Positions 10,184 to 19,944 of a stretch of 64,000 nucleotides of DNA are shown piece by piece. The position numbers were made by a program, and so were the translations under genes. Source of the DNA: an uncultured bacterium (GTDB taxonomy: Bacteria > Eisenbacteria > RBG-16-71-46); the NCBI GenBank assembly GCA_964418975.1, contig CAYQNV010000079.1, forward strand, positions 11,938-75,937. Reading direction: 5' to 3'. The notes under the pieces are model-generated. The model was given only the letters and a program-made list of their open reading frames with translations. It had not been told where the DNA came from and did no database searches. How positions within the stretch are numbered: position 1 is the stretch's first letter; every line of letters begins with the position of its first letter.

Positions 10184-10699
10184 ATGAAGGCGTTCGCCGA
10201 GGCGTTCGACAGCGCCTGGACGTGGAAACGGCCGCGGCTCTGGCACCGGCGCTACGAGCTTCGCGCGGGCGACGAGGTGCTGGCGGTGCTCGAATCACGC
10301 TCGCCGCTTGGCCCCGGGATGGGCGCCGAGTCGGCCGGCGGGCATTGGCGACTGCGCCACGAAGGCCTGCTGCGCGGGCGCGTACACGTGACGAACACCG
10401 CCGAGACCGGGGATGCGGCGGTGTTCCACCCCCGCTGGTTCGGTGCCGGTGACGTGAGCACGCGGGAGGGCCAGGCGTTGCGCTGGCATCGCGCCGACTT
10501 CTGGGGCAGGCGCTGGGAATTCGTGGACGCAGGCGGCCTCGCGCGGCTCGTCTTCGAGCGCGCGCCGGGGATCCTCTCCCCGGACACGCGTGTCGAGGTC
10601 TCGGAATCTGCGCGCCACGATCCCGAGCTGGAGCCGCTGGTTCTGCTCGGCTTCTACCTGTTGCTGCTCATGGCCCGGCAGTCGCACGCCACGCAATAG
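10184..10699 (+). CDS. Hypothetical protein with C-terminal hydrophobic segment
   Basis: ORF with moderately protein-like composition and a C-terminal TM-like stretch LVLLGFYLLLLMA. No recognisable motif. Confidence 0.35.
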   Translation: MKAFAEAFDSAWTWKRPRLWHRRYELRAGDEVLAVLESRSPLGPGMGAESAGGHWRLRHEGLLRGRVHVTNTAETGDAAVFHPRWFGAGDVSTREGQALRWHRADFWGRRWEFVDAGGLARLVFERAPGILSPDTRVEVSESARHDPELEPLVLLGFYLLLLMARQSHATQ

Positions 10700-10841
10700 T
10701 CCGCCACGGCGTGGTCGTTCTGTCGCCGTCGTGCGCACGGGTATGCGTGGCGAGCCGGCCCCGGACGCGGTCCCGACGGCGGCACGGACAGTGCACGGTG
10801 CTCGACGTGCCCTCGCGGACCCGCCCCCCGGGAGCAGGACC

Positions 10842-11543
10842 ATGCGTGACTGGAAGGCCGTATCCGCCGTGGTCGGGATGTGCGCGGTACTGGTGTCCTC
10901 AACCGCAAATCGCGCCGATGCGGCGTGCAGGGTGTGCGACCCGCTCTTCCGTTGTGTGGACTCGACGCCGGGTGCCAAGATCTGCGTGGAAGGTCCCGTG
11001 AGCTGCACGATGGCGCTGCCGTGCCACGGGGGCGGCGCCCGCGTGCCCGACTCGCCCGAGGAGTACCTCACCACCTGGACGCTGTTCGACGCGGACGCCG
11101 CAGGCCCGTCCTCGATCGGCGCGGACGCGGGGCCGCTGGCGGTGGGCGAGGACATGCGCGACGCCCCGGGCGTGGCGCGCGGACGACTGGTCGACGTCGC
11201 ACTCGCGCACGGACGCGAGTTCGCGTTGCTGCTGACGGACGTGATGGGCGGCGGGTTCGCGCTGCGCCACACGGTGGAGGGGGCGCACGTGCGACTCGAG
11301 GTGCGCGACGTGTGGGGCGAGCAGCCGGGGCGTGTGCTCGCGGACGCGCTGCTGGCGGGGGGCGACCGGTTGCGCGTGTCCGTGCGGGTCGAAGGACGCG
11401 ATCGCTTGTTGATGTTGCAATCGGCGCAGGTCCAGGGCGCAGCACTCCCGGGCGAGTTGGGGCGGCTGCGGGGGTCGCTGCGGGCGGCCGCGCGTCGGCT
11501 TCCGGTGCGATCCGAGCCGTTGCTGCGGTTGCGAGCGTTGTAG
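10842..11543 (+). CDS. Secreted Cys-rich protein, hypothetical
   Basis: GGAG precedes an ATG at 10842. Signal peptide, then a CxxC...C...C...C cluster (AACRVCDPLFRCVDSTPGAKICVEGPVSCTMALPCHGGG). Confidence 0.45.
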   Translation: MRDWKAVSAVVGMCAVLVSSTANRADAACRVCDPLFRCVDSTPGAKICVEGPVSCTMALPCHGGGARVPDSPEEYLTTWTLFDADAAGPSSIGADAGPLAVGEDMRDAPGVARGRLVDVALAHGREFALLLTDVMGGGFALRHTVEGAHVRLEVRDVWGEQPGRVLADALLAGGDRLRVSVRVEGRDRLLMLQSAQVQGAALPGELGRLRGSLRAAARRLPVRSEPLLRLRAL

Positions 11544-11593
11544 GCGATCGCTCCCAAGTACCGTCACCGGGTCCGGCGGGCCGGAGGGTGGCG

Positions 11594-12637
11594 CTACTCC
11601 CTCCGGCGGCGGGCTTGGTGGCGGGCGGTGATCAGGACGGTGAACAGGACGACCGCCAGGACCGCCATGACCGGGGCGGTCCAGCGATGCGGCACGAACT
11701 CGAGCAGGATGGCGGCGGCACCGAACATGGCCGAGAGCGACCACAGCACGGCGAGTGCCGCGCGAGGCGAGAGCCCGGCGTCGAGCAAGCGGTGGTGGAT
11801 GTGTCCGGCATCGCCGCGGAAGACGGGCTGACCACGCAACAGGCGGCGCACGAATGCGAGCGTACTGTCGGCGATGGGCACCCCGAGCGCCACGATCGGC
11901 AGCAGCAGCGTGAGCGCGGCGGTGCCCTTGCGGTTCTCCAGCAGCGACAGCGCCGACAGCGTGAGCCCCAGGAACTGGCTGCCCGTGTCGCCCATGAACA
12001 CGCGGGCGGGCGGGCGGTTCCACCACAGGAATCCGCCGCATGCCCCCAGCAGCAGCGCCGCCACGAACATCACGTAGAAGTCGCCGTGACTGCGGGCCGT
12101 CACCCACAGCGCACCGCACGCGATGGCCACCACGCCCGCTGCCAGTCCATCCAGCCCGTCGATCAAGTTGATGGCGTTGGTGAGCACCACCACCCACAGC
12201 ACGGTGAGCGGCAAGCTCCAGGCGCCAGTCGCGATCGGCTCGCCGAACGGATTGGTGAGCAGCGGCACGCCGTAGCCGAACACGGTGAGCGTGAGCGCGG
12301 CACACGCCTGCACGGCGAGTTTGGCCCACGGGCCCACGCCGCGCAGATCGTCGAGCACGCCCAGCGCGAGGATGGGGATCGCGGCGCAGGTCAGGCCCAG
12401 CAGCGGTCGCGGGTCCAGCTCGTGAGCGGGGCCCGGCAGCACGCGCGCCGCCCATGCCACGGCCAGCACTGCTCCGGCCAGCGCGAGCCCGCCGAATCGC
12501 GGCGTGGACTCGGCGTGCACGCGCCGCGGACCCGGGTGATCCAGCGCCCCGAAGCGGAGTGCCAGGGCGCGGGCCAGCGGTGTGAGCGCGAACGCCACGA
12601 TCCCGGCGGTGAGCGCGAGTTGCAGGGAGTAGGGCAT
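11594..12637 (-). CDS. UDP-GlcNAc:undecaprenyl-phosphate GlcNAc-1-phosphate transferase family (WecA/MraY-like, GT4)
   Basis: Polytopic membrane protein carrying the conserved motifs NAINLIDGLDGLA and VFMGDTGSQFLG. Its start ATG overlaps the stop of the upstream GT2 gene (TGATG). Confidence 0.85.
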   Translation of the reverse strand: MPYSLQLALTAGIVAFALTPLARALALRFGALDHPGPRRVHAESTPRFGGLALAGAVLAVAWAARVLPGPAHELDPRPLLGLTCAAIPILALGVLDDLRGVGPWAKLAVQACAALTLTVFGYGVPLLTNPFGEPIATGAWSLPLTVLWVVVLTNAINLIDGLDGLAAGVVAIACGALWVTARSHGDFYVMFVAALLLGACGGFLWWNRPPARVFMGDTGSQFLGLTLSALSLLENRKGTAALTLLLPIVALGVPIADSTLAFVRRLLRGQPVFRGDAGHIHHRLLDAGLSPRAALAVLWSLSAMFGAAAILLEFVPHRWTAPVMAVLAVVLFTVLITARHQARRRRE

Positions 12638-13512
12638 CAGCTCGGGTGCCGGTTGAACGCCACGAGCAGCCGCGCACGGGCCATGATGAGGAGCGCGGCG
12701 AGCGCATCCAGCGCGGGCGGAGCGGGGTGGTGCTTGCGGAAGTAGTGGATCATGCCGCGGTGGCGCTCGAGGATCACCTGGTTCGACGAGCCGGCGCGAC
12801 TGGCTCCGATGTGGTGCACGATCTCGGCGGCCGGCACGTAGTCCACGCTCCAGCCCGCCTGATTCATGCGCCGGCACCAGTCCACGTCCTCGTTGAACAT
12901 GAAGAATGCCTCGTCCATGCCGCCCACCTCGGCGACCGCGGCGCGACGCGCGAGCATCGCGGCGCCCGAGACCCAGTCCACACTGCGCGGGCTGGCATGG
13001 TCCCAGTCGAGCAGCAAGTAGCGCCGAGTCCACGGATTGCCGGGCAGGAGCCGCGACAGCAACGAGTAGCGGTTGAACAGGAACGCAAGCGGGCCGGGAT
13101 ACGAGCGAGCGCTGTACTCGAGCGAGCCATCGGTGTTGCGGATGCGTGGAGCCGCGATCGCGCAGCGCGGGTGAGCGTCGAGCCACGTGACCAGGTCGTG
13201 CAGGCTCCCTTCGCGCCACACGCAATCCGGATTCGAGATCAAAACGTAGCGGCCGCGAGTCTCGGCAATGCCGCGATTCACCGCCTTCGCGTAGCCGAGG
13301 TTGGCGCCCGTTCGCACGACGCGCGCCTGGCTCGCCTCGCGCTCCACCAACTCGGGTGTGCCGTCGCTCGAATCGTTGTCCACCACCACACACTCCCAGC
13401 GGAGCGGCGGCCCGTCCGCGACTCGCGGCCGCATGGCGGGCTCGAGCGAGCGCAGGCAGGCGAGGATGTGTTCGCAGGAGTGGTAGGTGACGACGACGAT
13501 GGAGAGGTCCAT
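12637..13512 (-). CDS. Family 2 glycosyltransferase
   Basis: MDLSIVVVTYHS...VVVDNDSSDGT...NLGYAKAVNRG and an ED-motif region are typical GT2 features. Translationally coupled to the wecA-like gene. Confidence 0.8.
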   Translation of the reverse strand: MDLSIVVVTYHSCEHILACLRSLEPAMRPRVADGPPLRWECVVVDNDSSDGTPELVEREASQARVVRTGANLGYAKAVNRGIAETRGRYVLISNPDCVWREGSLHDLVTWLDAHPRCAIAAPRIRNTDGSLEYSARSYPGPLAFLFNRYSLLSRLLPGNPWTRRYLLLDWDHASPRSVDWVSGAAMLARRAAVAEVGGMDEAFFMFNEDVDWCRRMNQAGWSVDYVPAAEIVHHIGASRAGSSNQVILERHRGMIHYFRKHHPAPPALDALAALLIMARARLLVAFNRHPS

Positions 13513-13810
13513 GCGTTGGCGCGGGGGGAGCGAGTGGGGCGTGAGAGGTACGGCGACTCTACCCGACACGATGACGCCGGGCGGAGCGGGCAAGGGGCCC
13601 GCTCACACCCGGCGTGTCACCAAAAAAATGACGAACGGCGCGACCGTTATCGAGCCTCTCCCCACGTCTCTCTCCGGGCCCGACTCCCGTCAGCACACGT
13701 TCGTCGCTGAGGATTGTCGGTGAAGGCTACGATTCGTGCAACCGTTGATTCCGGGTTTCGACACTTTTTCCGTGCTTTGGACTTGCGGCGCAACCCCATA
13801 GCAAACGAGG
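13513..13810. promoter_or_regulatory. AT-rich upstream/leader region of the GT2/wecA-like operon
   Basis: GC content here is conspicuously lower than the surroundings (CACCAAAAAAATGACGAACGG, CGACACTTTTTCCGTGCTTTGG). It lies between two divergently oriented gene ends and no convincing ORF covers it. Confidence 0.3.
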
Positions 13811-14037
13811 GTGTTAGCCCACCCTCAACATCGTGACACCCATGCCGATGACCCGGCGTCGCTGGCCAAATTGTTGCCGCTACGACAGTTCGCCGCGCGG
13901 CGCGTTCCCGGGTCCGTCGCCTGTGACAGCACCCCGTTCAGCCTATGCCAACGCTGTGGTCGATCGCCCATGGATTCTCAATGCCGGCCGGGCAGGTGGA
14001 TCGTGGAGGCGTTCGCGAGTCGGCCTTTCGAGCAGGT

Positions 14038-14550
14038 TCACTCGTCGCGTGTCGAGCGCGTCAGGTCCGCCGCGGGTCCGCTGTCGGATCCGCCGCCCAG
14101 GACGCGCTCGAACCAAGCGTTCATGCGGCTCACGTGGCTGCCCGGCCAGAACCAACGCCCGCACGCGGGGCACCACGCGAGCGGCACGTTCATGCGCGTG
14201 ACACTGCCAGGGACCTCGCCGCGTGCCTCGAACGCCGAGCGGCGGTGGAGCGCCGAATTGCACGAGGGGCAGCGACTCCAGCGAGCGGTCGCGGGCGAGT
14301 GGGCCGCGGCGATCGCGCGTACTGAGCCTTCCAGGTCGCCGCGCGTGACCTGCACGATCGGCACGCCGACTCGGCGAGGCACGCGGCGGGCCGAGAGCGT
14401 GAGTACGGTGCGCCCCTCCGCGAGGGCTGACGAGAACAGCTCCTCCAGGCGGGCGCCGCGGTGCGTGACCACGTCGTAGCCGAGGAAGCGCAAGCGGCGC
14501 GCCAGTTGCTCGAGCGAGGAATCGGTGACGAAGCGCGTGGGCTCGCCCAT
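14038..14550 (-). CDS. Mut7-C RNase-domain protein (PIN-like, DUF82 family) with C-terminal zinc ribbon
   Basis: FVTDSSLEQLARRLRFLGYDV is the hallmark N-terminus of Mut7-C/DUF82 proteins. C-terminal CPSC...CPAC zinc ribbon. Confidence 0.6.
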   Translation of the reverse strand: MGEPTRFVTDSSLEQLARRLRFLGYDVVTHRGARLEELFSSALAEGRTVLTLSARRVPRRVGVPIVQVTRGDLEGSVRAIAAAHSPATARWSRCPSCNSALHRRSAFEARGEVPGSVTRMNVPLAWCPACGRWFWPGSHVSRMNAWFERVLGGGSDSGPAADLTRSTRDE

Positions 14551-14676
14551 AGCCCCGCAAGCTAGTCGCGGCACACACCGCCGGCAAGCAAGCCGAAGAC
14601 TGCCAAGCCCGGCAGCCGCAGCGGGTTCGAAACGGCCCGTTGACGCCCCCGCGGCCGTCCCGCACCCTCGGCCCCC

Positions 14677-15891
14677 ATGGCAGGTCAACCACGGCGGGCC
14701 CGACCCGCCGACCGCGGCCCCGAGTTCACCTCGATCACGCTCGATCGCCGCCGCTTCCTCGTACTCCTCGGCGGCGCAACCGCATGGCATCTGCTCGAGC
14801 CGTCGCTCGCGTGGGCGAAGCGCGCGGGCGCCACGCTGCCCGTGCTGCAGCCGTGGTCGCTGCCCGAGAGCCTGCCTGCGCACCCGATCGAGGCCGCACG
14901 CGCGCTGATCGGTGCCGCGATCCTGGCACCCAGTCACTGGAACGCACAGCCCTGGCGATTCGAGGTGGACGCCGCCGAGTTGCGCGTGCTGCTCGACCCT
15001 CGGCGCACGCTGCCGCTGGACGATCCCGACCAACGCTTCGCACAGATGTCACTGGGGGCGGCGCTCGAGAACTTGCTCGTGGCCGCGCGCGCATGGGGCC
15101 AGCAGCCGAGCGTGCGCTACCTACCGTGGGGTACGACGCTGAGGTCAGGCTCGTCGCTCGTGGCGGCCACGGTGACTTGGCAGCCTGCCGAGCGCCCGCG
15201 CGACCGACTGCTCCATGCCGCGCTCACGGAGCGCCGCTCGAACTCGCGCTCGTTCGATGGGCGCGCCATCACCATCCCGAATCGCGCCCAATTGCTGGCG
15301 CAGGTGGGCGGAGAGGTGCGCGTGCACTGGCTCGAGGACCGTGCCGACGTGAACGCCGTGGCGGACGTTGCGCACGACGCGGTGCGTGCGGTCATGGCGG
15401 ATCGTGGCGCCCAGGCGGAGCGGCGCGCATGGCTGCGCGGTTCGGACGGCGACGTGCGCGAGCACGGCGACGGCGTAACGCCCGAGCGCCTGGGCCTGGG
15501 CGGCCCGGCGCGGTGGTTCGCGGGCCGCTCGCTGCATCCGCAGAGCCGCTTCTACGGTTGGGGCTCCGCGAGCATGTCAAAGGACACGCGCGAGCTGGTG
15601 CGCAGTTCGGGCGCGCTGGCGCTGCTCACGCTGCCGGCGCGCAGTGACGCGGGCTGGATCGTGGGGGGCCAGGCGTACGAGCGCTTCGCCCTGCGCGCGG
15701 CGACGCTGGGCATCGCGCAGCATCCGCTGTCGGCGCCGGTGGCATCGGCGCGTCATCGCGCGATCCTCGCGCGACGCTTTCACGCCGAGGGCGAGGAGCC
15801 GCTGCTTCTGGTGCGCTTGGGCCACGCGAAAGCGCCGGATCCGACGCCCAGGCGCGGCGTGGCGTTGGTGAGTACGTACCGGACGTCCTAG
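14677..15891 (+). CDS. Nitroreductase-family protein with TAT signal (Acg-like putative NAD(P)H nitroreductase)
   Basis: RRRFLVLLGGATAW TAT motif. Segments NAQPWRF and LGAALENLLVAARAWG are typical of the nitroreductase fold. About 400 aa tandem nitroreductase architecture. Confidence 0.6.
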   Translation: MAGQPRRARPADRGPEFTSITLDRRRFLVLLGGATAWHLLEPSLAWAKRAGATLPVLQPWSLPESLPAHPIEAARALIGAAILAPSHWNAQPWRFEVDAAELRVLLDPRRTLPLDDPDQRFAQMSLGAALENLLVAARAWGQQPSVRYLPWGTTLRSGSSLVAATVTWQPAERPRDRLLHAALTERRSNSRSFDGRAITIPNRAQLLAQVGGEVRVHWLEDRADVNAVADVAHDAVRAVMADRGAQAERRAWLRGSDGDVREHGDGVTPERLGLGGPARWFAGRSLHPQSRFYGWGSASMSKDTRELVRSSGALALLTLPARSDAGWIVGGQAYERFALRAATLGIAQHPLSAPVASARHRAILARRFHAEGEEPLLLVRLGHAKAPDPTPRRGVALVSTYRTS

Positions 15892-15930
15892 CACCGCTCG
15901 TCCGTCGGCGAAGGCAGTCCTTCTGCGTCG

Positions 15931-16080
15931 CCCCGGGAGTGCGGGGGGTCTGTTTCGTGACCAACGCTCGGGCCGCGCCTCCTGCGCGGCCCTCCCTGTC
16001 GCTCGCGGGCGGCCTCCGGCCATCCTGGCCTCCGGTCTGCTCGCGGCTGGTCACGAAACAGACCCCCCGCACTCCCGGGG
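15931..16080. repeat. 32-bp perfect inverted repeat flanking an 86-bp GC-rich spacer (MITE-like or large hairpin)
   Basis: CCCCGGGAGTGCGGGGGGTCTGTTTCGTGACC at 15931..15962 is the exact reverse complement of 16049..16080. It sits between two convergent genes (nitroreductase end 15891, pmbA end 16100). Confidence 0.8.
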
Positions 16081-16099
16081 CTCGACCGTTGGAGGTGCC

Positions 16100-17473
16100 T
16101 CAGCTTCCGCTAACAGTCATCTCCGCGATCAGCAGCGTCGGAGCGGCCACGGATGAGCGCCACACGAGATCGTCGGCGACACCGACGACGGCGCGGAGCA
16201 TGTCGAGGGAGTTGCCTGCGACCGTTACGCCGTCCACGGGGTAGGTCTTCTCGCCGTTCTCGATCCAGTAGCCCTGGGCCTGGAACGAGTAGTCGCCCGT
16301 CACTGGATTGAAGCCGAACGAGCCCTGGTCATCGTAGTAGAAGCCGCGATCCACCTTGCGCAGCAGCGCCTCGGGCGAGTCGCGGCCCGATTCGAGGTAG
16401 AGATTGTGCGTGCCGATGCCCGGGGTGCCCGACCAGCCGCGCAATCCGTTCGCCGTGCTCGGACGATTCGACCGATGAGCGTGGTAGCGGTCGTACAGGA
16501 ACATCGCCACTCGGCCGCGCTCGAGCAGCACATTGCGGCGCGCGCGCACGCCCTCGCCGTCGTAGGGCGAACTTCCCACGCGCCGCGGCAGCGTCGCGTC
16601 GTCCACGATCGTGACCAGGGGCGTGGCGATGACCTGGTCCAACTGGTCGGTGAGCCAACTGGAGTGCTTGAGCACGGATTCGCCGCTCCAGGCATCGGCC
16701 ATCTCCGAAAGCCACGCCGCGGCGATGTCCGGGTGCATCACCACCGGGACGCGCGCGCTCGGCACGGTGCGCGCGCCGATGCGGTTCGCGGCGCGAGTCG
16801 CGGCGCTGCGCGCCATGGACTCCAGCGAGGCCAGGTCCGCAAGGTGCCGCACGCTCATACCCTCGGCGCCCGTCTGTTGGCGGCCGTCACGATCGTCCGC
16901 CAGCGCCACGACCCAGGCCGCCACATTCGAGCCCTCCCACGCGCGCGACACGCCCAGTGAGTTGGCCATGGCGAACGCGCCGCCCGCGCTCGACACGCTC
17001 GCGCCGTCGGTGCGTGTGACGCGCCGGTCAGCGGCGAGCGTGAGACGCTCGAGTTCCAGCGCCATCTCGATCTTGCGTTCGGGCGCCAGTTCCAGCGCTG
17101 CCGGGTCCACCAGTTGCAAGTCGCCGGTGAACGCGCCAGCGGCCTCCTCGGGACTCGCCACGCCGTTCGCCTCGTCGGGCGTGGCGAAGCGCGCCAACGC
17201 CACCGCGCGCCGCGCGAGGTCGTCGAGTCCCGCGGGGGACAGGTCGGTGCCCGAGGCGAACCCGACCGCGCCACCGACGATGGCGCGCACTCCCAGGCCG
17301 AGCGTGCCGCTTTGCTTGAGCGTGTCCACCGTGCCGCCGTGCACGCGCACGGTGAACGCACGCGAGCCCTCGGCGCACGCGTCAGCGACCGTGGCGCCGT
17401 GAGCGAGCGCGCGCTCCACCGCGCGCTCGCACAGCGAACGCAACGCATCGGGCGTGGCGTGAGGCGCGCTCAC
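16100..17473 (-). CDS. pmbA: PmbA/TldE (TldD/PmbA family protein lacking HExxxH)
   Basis: TldD/PmbA-family protein without the metal-binding HExxxH motif. A GTG start at 17471..17473 overlaps the tldD stop (GTGA). Confidence 0.75.
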   Translation of the reverse strand: MSAPHATPDALRSLCERAVERALAHGATVADACAEGSRAFTVRVHGGTVDTLKQSGTLGLGVRAIVGGAVGFASGTDLSPAGLDDLARRAVALARFATPDEANGVASPEEAAGAFTGDLQLVDPAALELAPERKIEMALELERLTLAADRRVTRTDGASVSSAGGAFAMANSLGVSRAWEGSNVAAWVVALADDRDGRQQTGAEGMSVRHLADLASLESMARSAATRAANRIGARTVPSARVPVVMHPDIAAAWLSEMADAWSGESVLKHSSWLTDQLDQVIATPLVTIVDDATLPRRVGSSPYDGEGVRARRNVLLERGRVAMFLYDRYHAHRSNRPSTANGLRGWSGTPGIGTHNLYLESGRDSPEALLRKVDRGFYYDDQGSFGFNPVTGDYSFQAQGYWIENGEKTYPVDGVTVAGNSLDMLRAVVGVADDLVWRSSVAAPTLLIAEMTVSGS

Positions 17474-18915
17474 AGCGCCGTGCCCCCCACGGTGATGCCG
17501 GTGAATCGCACGGTGGGTTGGCCCACGCCAACGGGTTTCCACTGGCCGTCCTTGCCGCACGAGCCCGTGGTGCCGTCGATGGCCAGGTCCGAACCCACTC
17601 CGTCGATGCGCAGCATGGCGTCATTGCCGTTTCCAGTCAGCGTGGCATTCCGCACCGGGTGCGTGAGCCGACCCTCCTCGATCTGCCAGCCCTCGGTGAC
17701 CTGGAACGAGAAGTTGCCGTCGGCGGGATTCACCGATCCGCCGCCCAGCTTCTTGCAGTAAAGCCCGCGCTTGACCTCGGCGAGGAGTAGGTCGGGCGCG
17801 TGCGGCCCGGGTTCGATCCACGTGTTCGTCATCCGGCACAGCGGGTAGTCGCGGTAGGAGGCGCGCCGCCCATTGCCGGTGGCGCCGTGCCCCGTGAGCA
17901 TGCCGTTCAGCCGGTCCCACAGGTAGCCCACCAGCACGCCGTCCTCGACCAGCACCGTGCGCTGGGCGGGCGTGCCTTCGTCGTCCACGCGGAACGAGCC
18001 GCGGCTCCACGGCACGAGCCCCGAGTCCACGATCGTCACGCCGCGCGCCGCCACCTGGGCTCCCAACTGTGTGGCGCGGATGGACGTCTTTCGGCGGATG
18101 GTGTCGCCCTCCATGCTGTGGCCGAAGCACTCGTGCACCATGACGCCGCCCCAGCCGTTACACACGACCACCGGCCAGGAGCCGGCCTCGGGCTCGCGCG
18201 CCCCGAGCAGCAGCACCGCGCCCGAAGCCGCCTCGAGCGCCACCGCCTCGGGCGTACGCTCGTTCGCGTAGTAGTCGGCTTCGACGCAGCCGCCGGCCGC
18301 GGCGAAACCCTCCTGACGCTGGTCGCCCTCCAGCGCGAGCGTGGACACGACGAGGCGGGACAGGTGCGTTCGGTCCTCCGCCCACACCCCTTCGCTGTTG
18401 GCCACCACGAACGACTTGGCCGACGCGGCGAACGACGCGGACACCTCGCGCACTCGCCCGTCGTGCGAGCGGGCGGCGACGTCGGCGCGGCGCAACAGCG
18501 ACACCTTGCCGGCCTCATCGAGCGCCAGCGTGGCGGGATCCCGAAGCACGAATGGCGGCGCAACGTCCACCACGCGGAACGCGAGCGGCAGGCCCCGGGG
18601 ATCTGTGGCGGCGGGTGGGGCCTCGCGCGCGATTCGGGCCGCCACGCGCGCGGCTTCCCGCAGCGCGTCGGGCGAGAATCCGTCTGCGTAAGCGTAGCCG
18701 GTCGCTTCGCCGTGGATGGCGCGCACGCCCACGCCCTGGAGGACCGAGTGGGAGGCGGTCTTCAACCGCTCCTCGTCCAGCGAGAATCCCGAGACGATGG
18801 CGTGCTCGGCGTAGAGATCCGCGAACTCCGCGCCGCTCGAGCGCGCGAGCGTCAGCAATTCCTCGGCGAGTTCGCGCGGCAGCAACGACGACAGGTCGGG
18901 CAGCGGGGAGGCCAT
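17470..18915 (-). CDS. tldD: TldD metalloprotease
   Basis: HECFGHSMEGD (HExxxH) metal-binding motif. 481 aa. An internal ATG at 18913..18915 is the start. Confidence 0.85.
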   Translation of the reverse strand: MASPLPDLSSLLPRELAEELLTLARSSGAEFADLYAEHAIVSGFSLDEERLKTASHSVLQGVGVRAIHGEATGYAYADGFSPDALREAARVAARIAREAPPAATDPRGLPLAFRVVDVAPPFVLRDPATLALDEAGKVSLLRRADVAARSHDGRVREVSASFAASAKSFVVANSEGVWAEDRTHLSRLVVSTLALEGDQRQEGFAAAGGCVEADYYANERTPEAVALEAASGAVLLLGAREPEAGSWPVVVCNGWGGVMVHECFGHSMEGDTIRRKTSIRATQLGAQVAARGVTIVDSGLVPWSRGSFRVDDEGTPAQRTVLVEDGVLVGYLWDRLNGMLTGHGATGNGRRASYRDYPLCRMTNTWIEPGPHAPDLLLAEVKRGLYCKKLGGGSVNPADGNFSFQVTEGWQIEEGRLTHPVRNATLTGNGNDAMLRIDGVGSDLAIDGTTGSCGKDGQWKPVGVGQPTVRFTGITVGGTAL

Positions 18916-19029
18916 GGGGTCTCGTCCGTGAGGGTGAACTCTGGCGCCGGCGACGTGCGGAGGCCGAATGTAGAGGGCCGGCCGCCGGCGCGGCAAACGC
19001 ACCTGCCCTGCAACGATCCGCACGATTTC

Positions 19030-19110
19030 CTGACCGGGTCAGATAAAGCGCGAACCTCGCCGCCATGTCCCTGCGTCACAAGACACACGACTAATGACCG
19101 CCGGGTCATT
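19030..19110. promoter_or_regulatory. Two operator-like palindromes upstream of tetR
   Basis: CTGACCgGGTCAG at 19030..19042 and AATGACCgccgGGTCATT at 19093..19110 share the half-site TGACC. They lie 44 to 125 bp upstream of the TetR start. Confidence 0.4.
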
Positions 19111-19153
19111 TTCAGGACGTTCCGGCATCCCCTCACCCCCCGGGAGGTCCCCC

Positions 19154-19819
19154 ATGGCGACAGAGATCCAGGAGAAGCGCGCGCCGCGCTGGCGTCGGCG
19201 CAAGGAGACACGGCCCGCGGAGATCCTCGCGGCGGCGCTGGAGATCTTCGGTGAACGCGGCTACGAATCGACACGGCTGGTGGACGTGGCCCGACGCGCG
19301 GGCTGCACCAAGGGCACCATCTTCCTCTACTACGAGAACAAGACCGAGCTGTTCAAGGCGGCGGTACGCGAGGTGATGTTGCCGCTCGTGCTCGAGACCG
19401 AACGGCTCGTCGAGGCGCATTCCGGCACCTCGCGCCAACTCATCGAGGCACTGCTGCGGCTGCGCTGGGATCACATGATCCGCAATCGCCTGTCGGGGCT
19501 CGTGAAGCTCATGCTCGCCGAGACGCGCACCTATCCCGAGCTGGCGCGCTTCTACAACAACGAGTTCATCGAGCGGAACCAGGCGCTTTTGCGACGCGTG
19601 CTGCAGCAGGGCGTCGAACGCGGCGAGTTCCGGCCCATGAACGTGGGGCACGTGGGGCGCTTCCTGGTGGCCCCGATGATGTTCGCCACCGTGTGGCGGC
19701 ACGCGTTCGAGCACGCGGTCGACGCTCCGCTCCAGCTGGACGAGTATTTCGAGAGCTCGCTGGAGATGATGCTGGCCGGGCTCCAGACCGGAAACGTGCC
19801 CGAACCCGCTCGCGGCTGA
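19154..19819 (+). CDS. TetR/AcrR-family transcriptional regulator
   Basis: N-terminal HTH LVDVARRAGCTKGTIFLYYENKTELF. GGGAGG RBS. Confidence 0.85.
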   Translation: MATEIQEKRAPRWRRRKETRPAEILAAALEIFGERGYESTRLVDVARRAGCTKGTIFLYYENKTELFKAAVREVMLPLVLETERLVEAHSGTSRQLIEALLRLRWDHMIRNRLSGLVKLMLAETRTYPELARFYNNEFIERNQALLRRVLQQGVERGEFRPMNVGHVGRFLVAPMMFATVWRHAFEHAVDAPLQLDEYFESSLEMMLAGLQTGNVPEPARG

Positions 19820-19944
19820 GCCCTCGTGGGCCACCGGCCCGCGCGAACACGGCGCCGGCGCGCTCGCGGGGCGGCACGCTCGCGGTTGGCCGCTGCCTCG
19901 CCGGGCGCTACCATCGTACCTTGCCCTCTTTGCCGGAGCCTCGC

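Noticed and set aside
13943-14692. 249-aa ORF overlapping the Mut7-C gene region
   Set aside because: Arg/Pro/Gly-rich. It overlaps the motif-supported Mut7-C gene (14038..14550) in another frame.
15626-16244. Two ORFs on opposite strands that both begin MRGVCFVT (15626..16072 minus, 15939..16244 plus)
   Set aside because: Their identical N-termini are a by-product of the 32-bp perfect inverted repeat. The remaining sequence is low-complexity.
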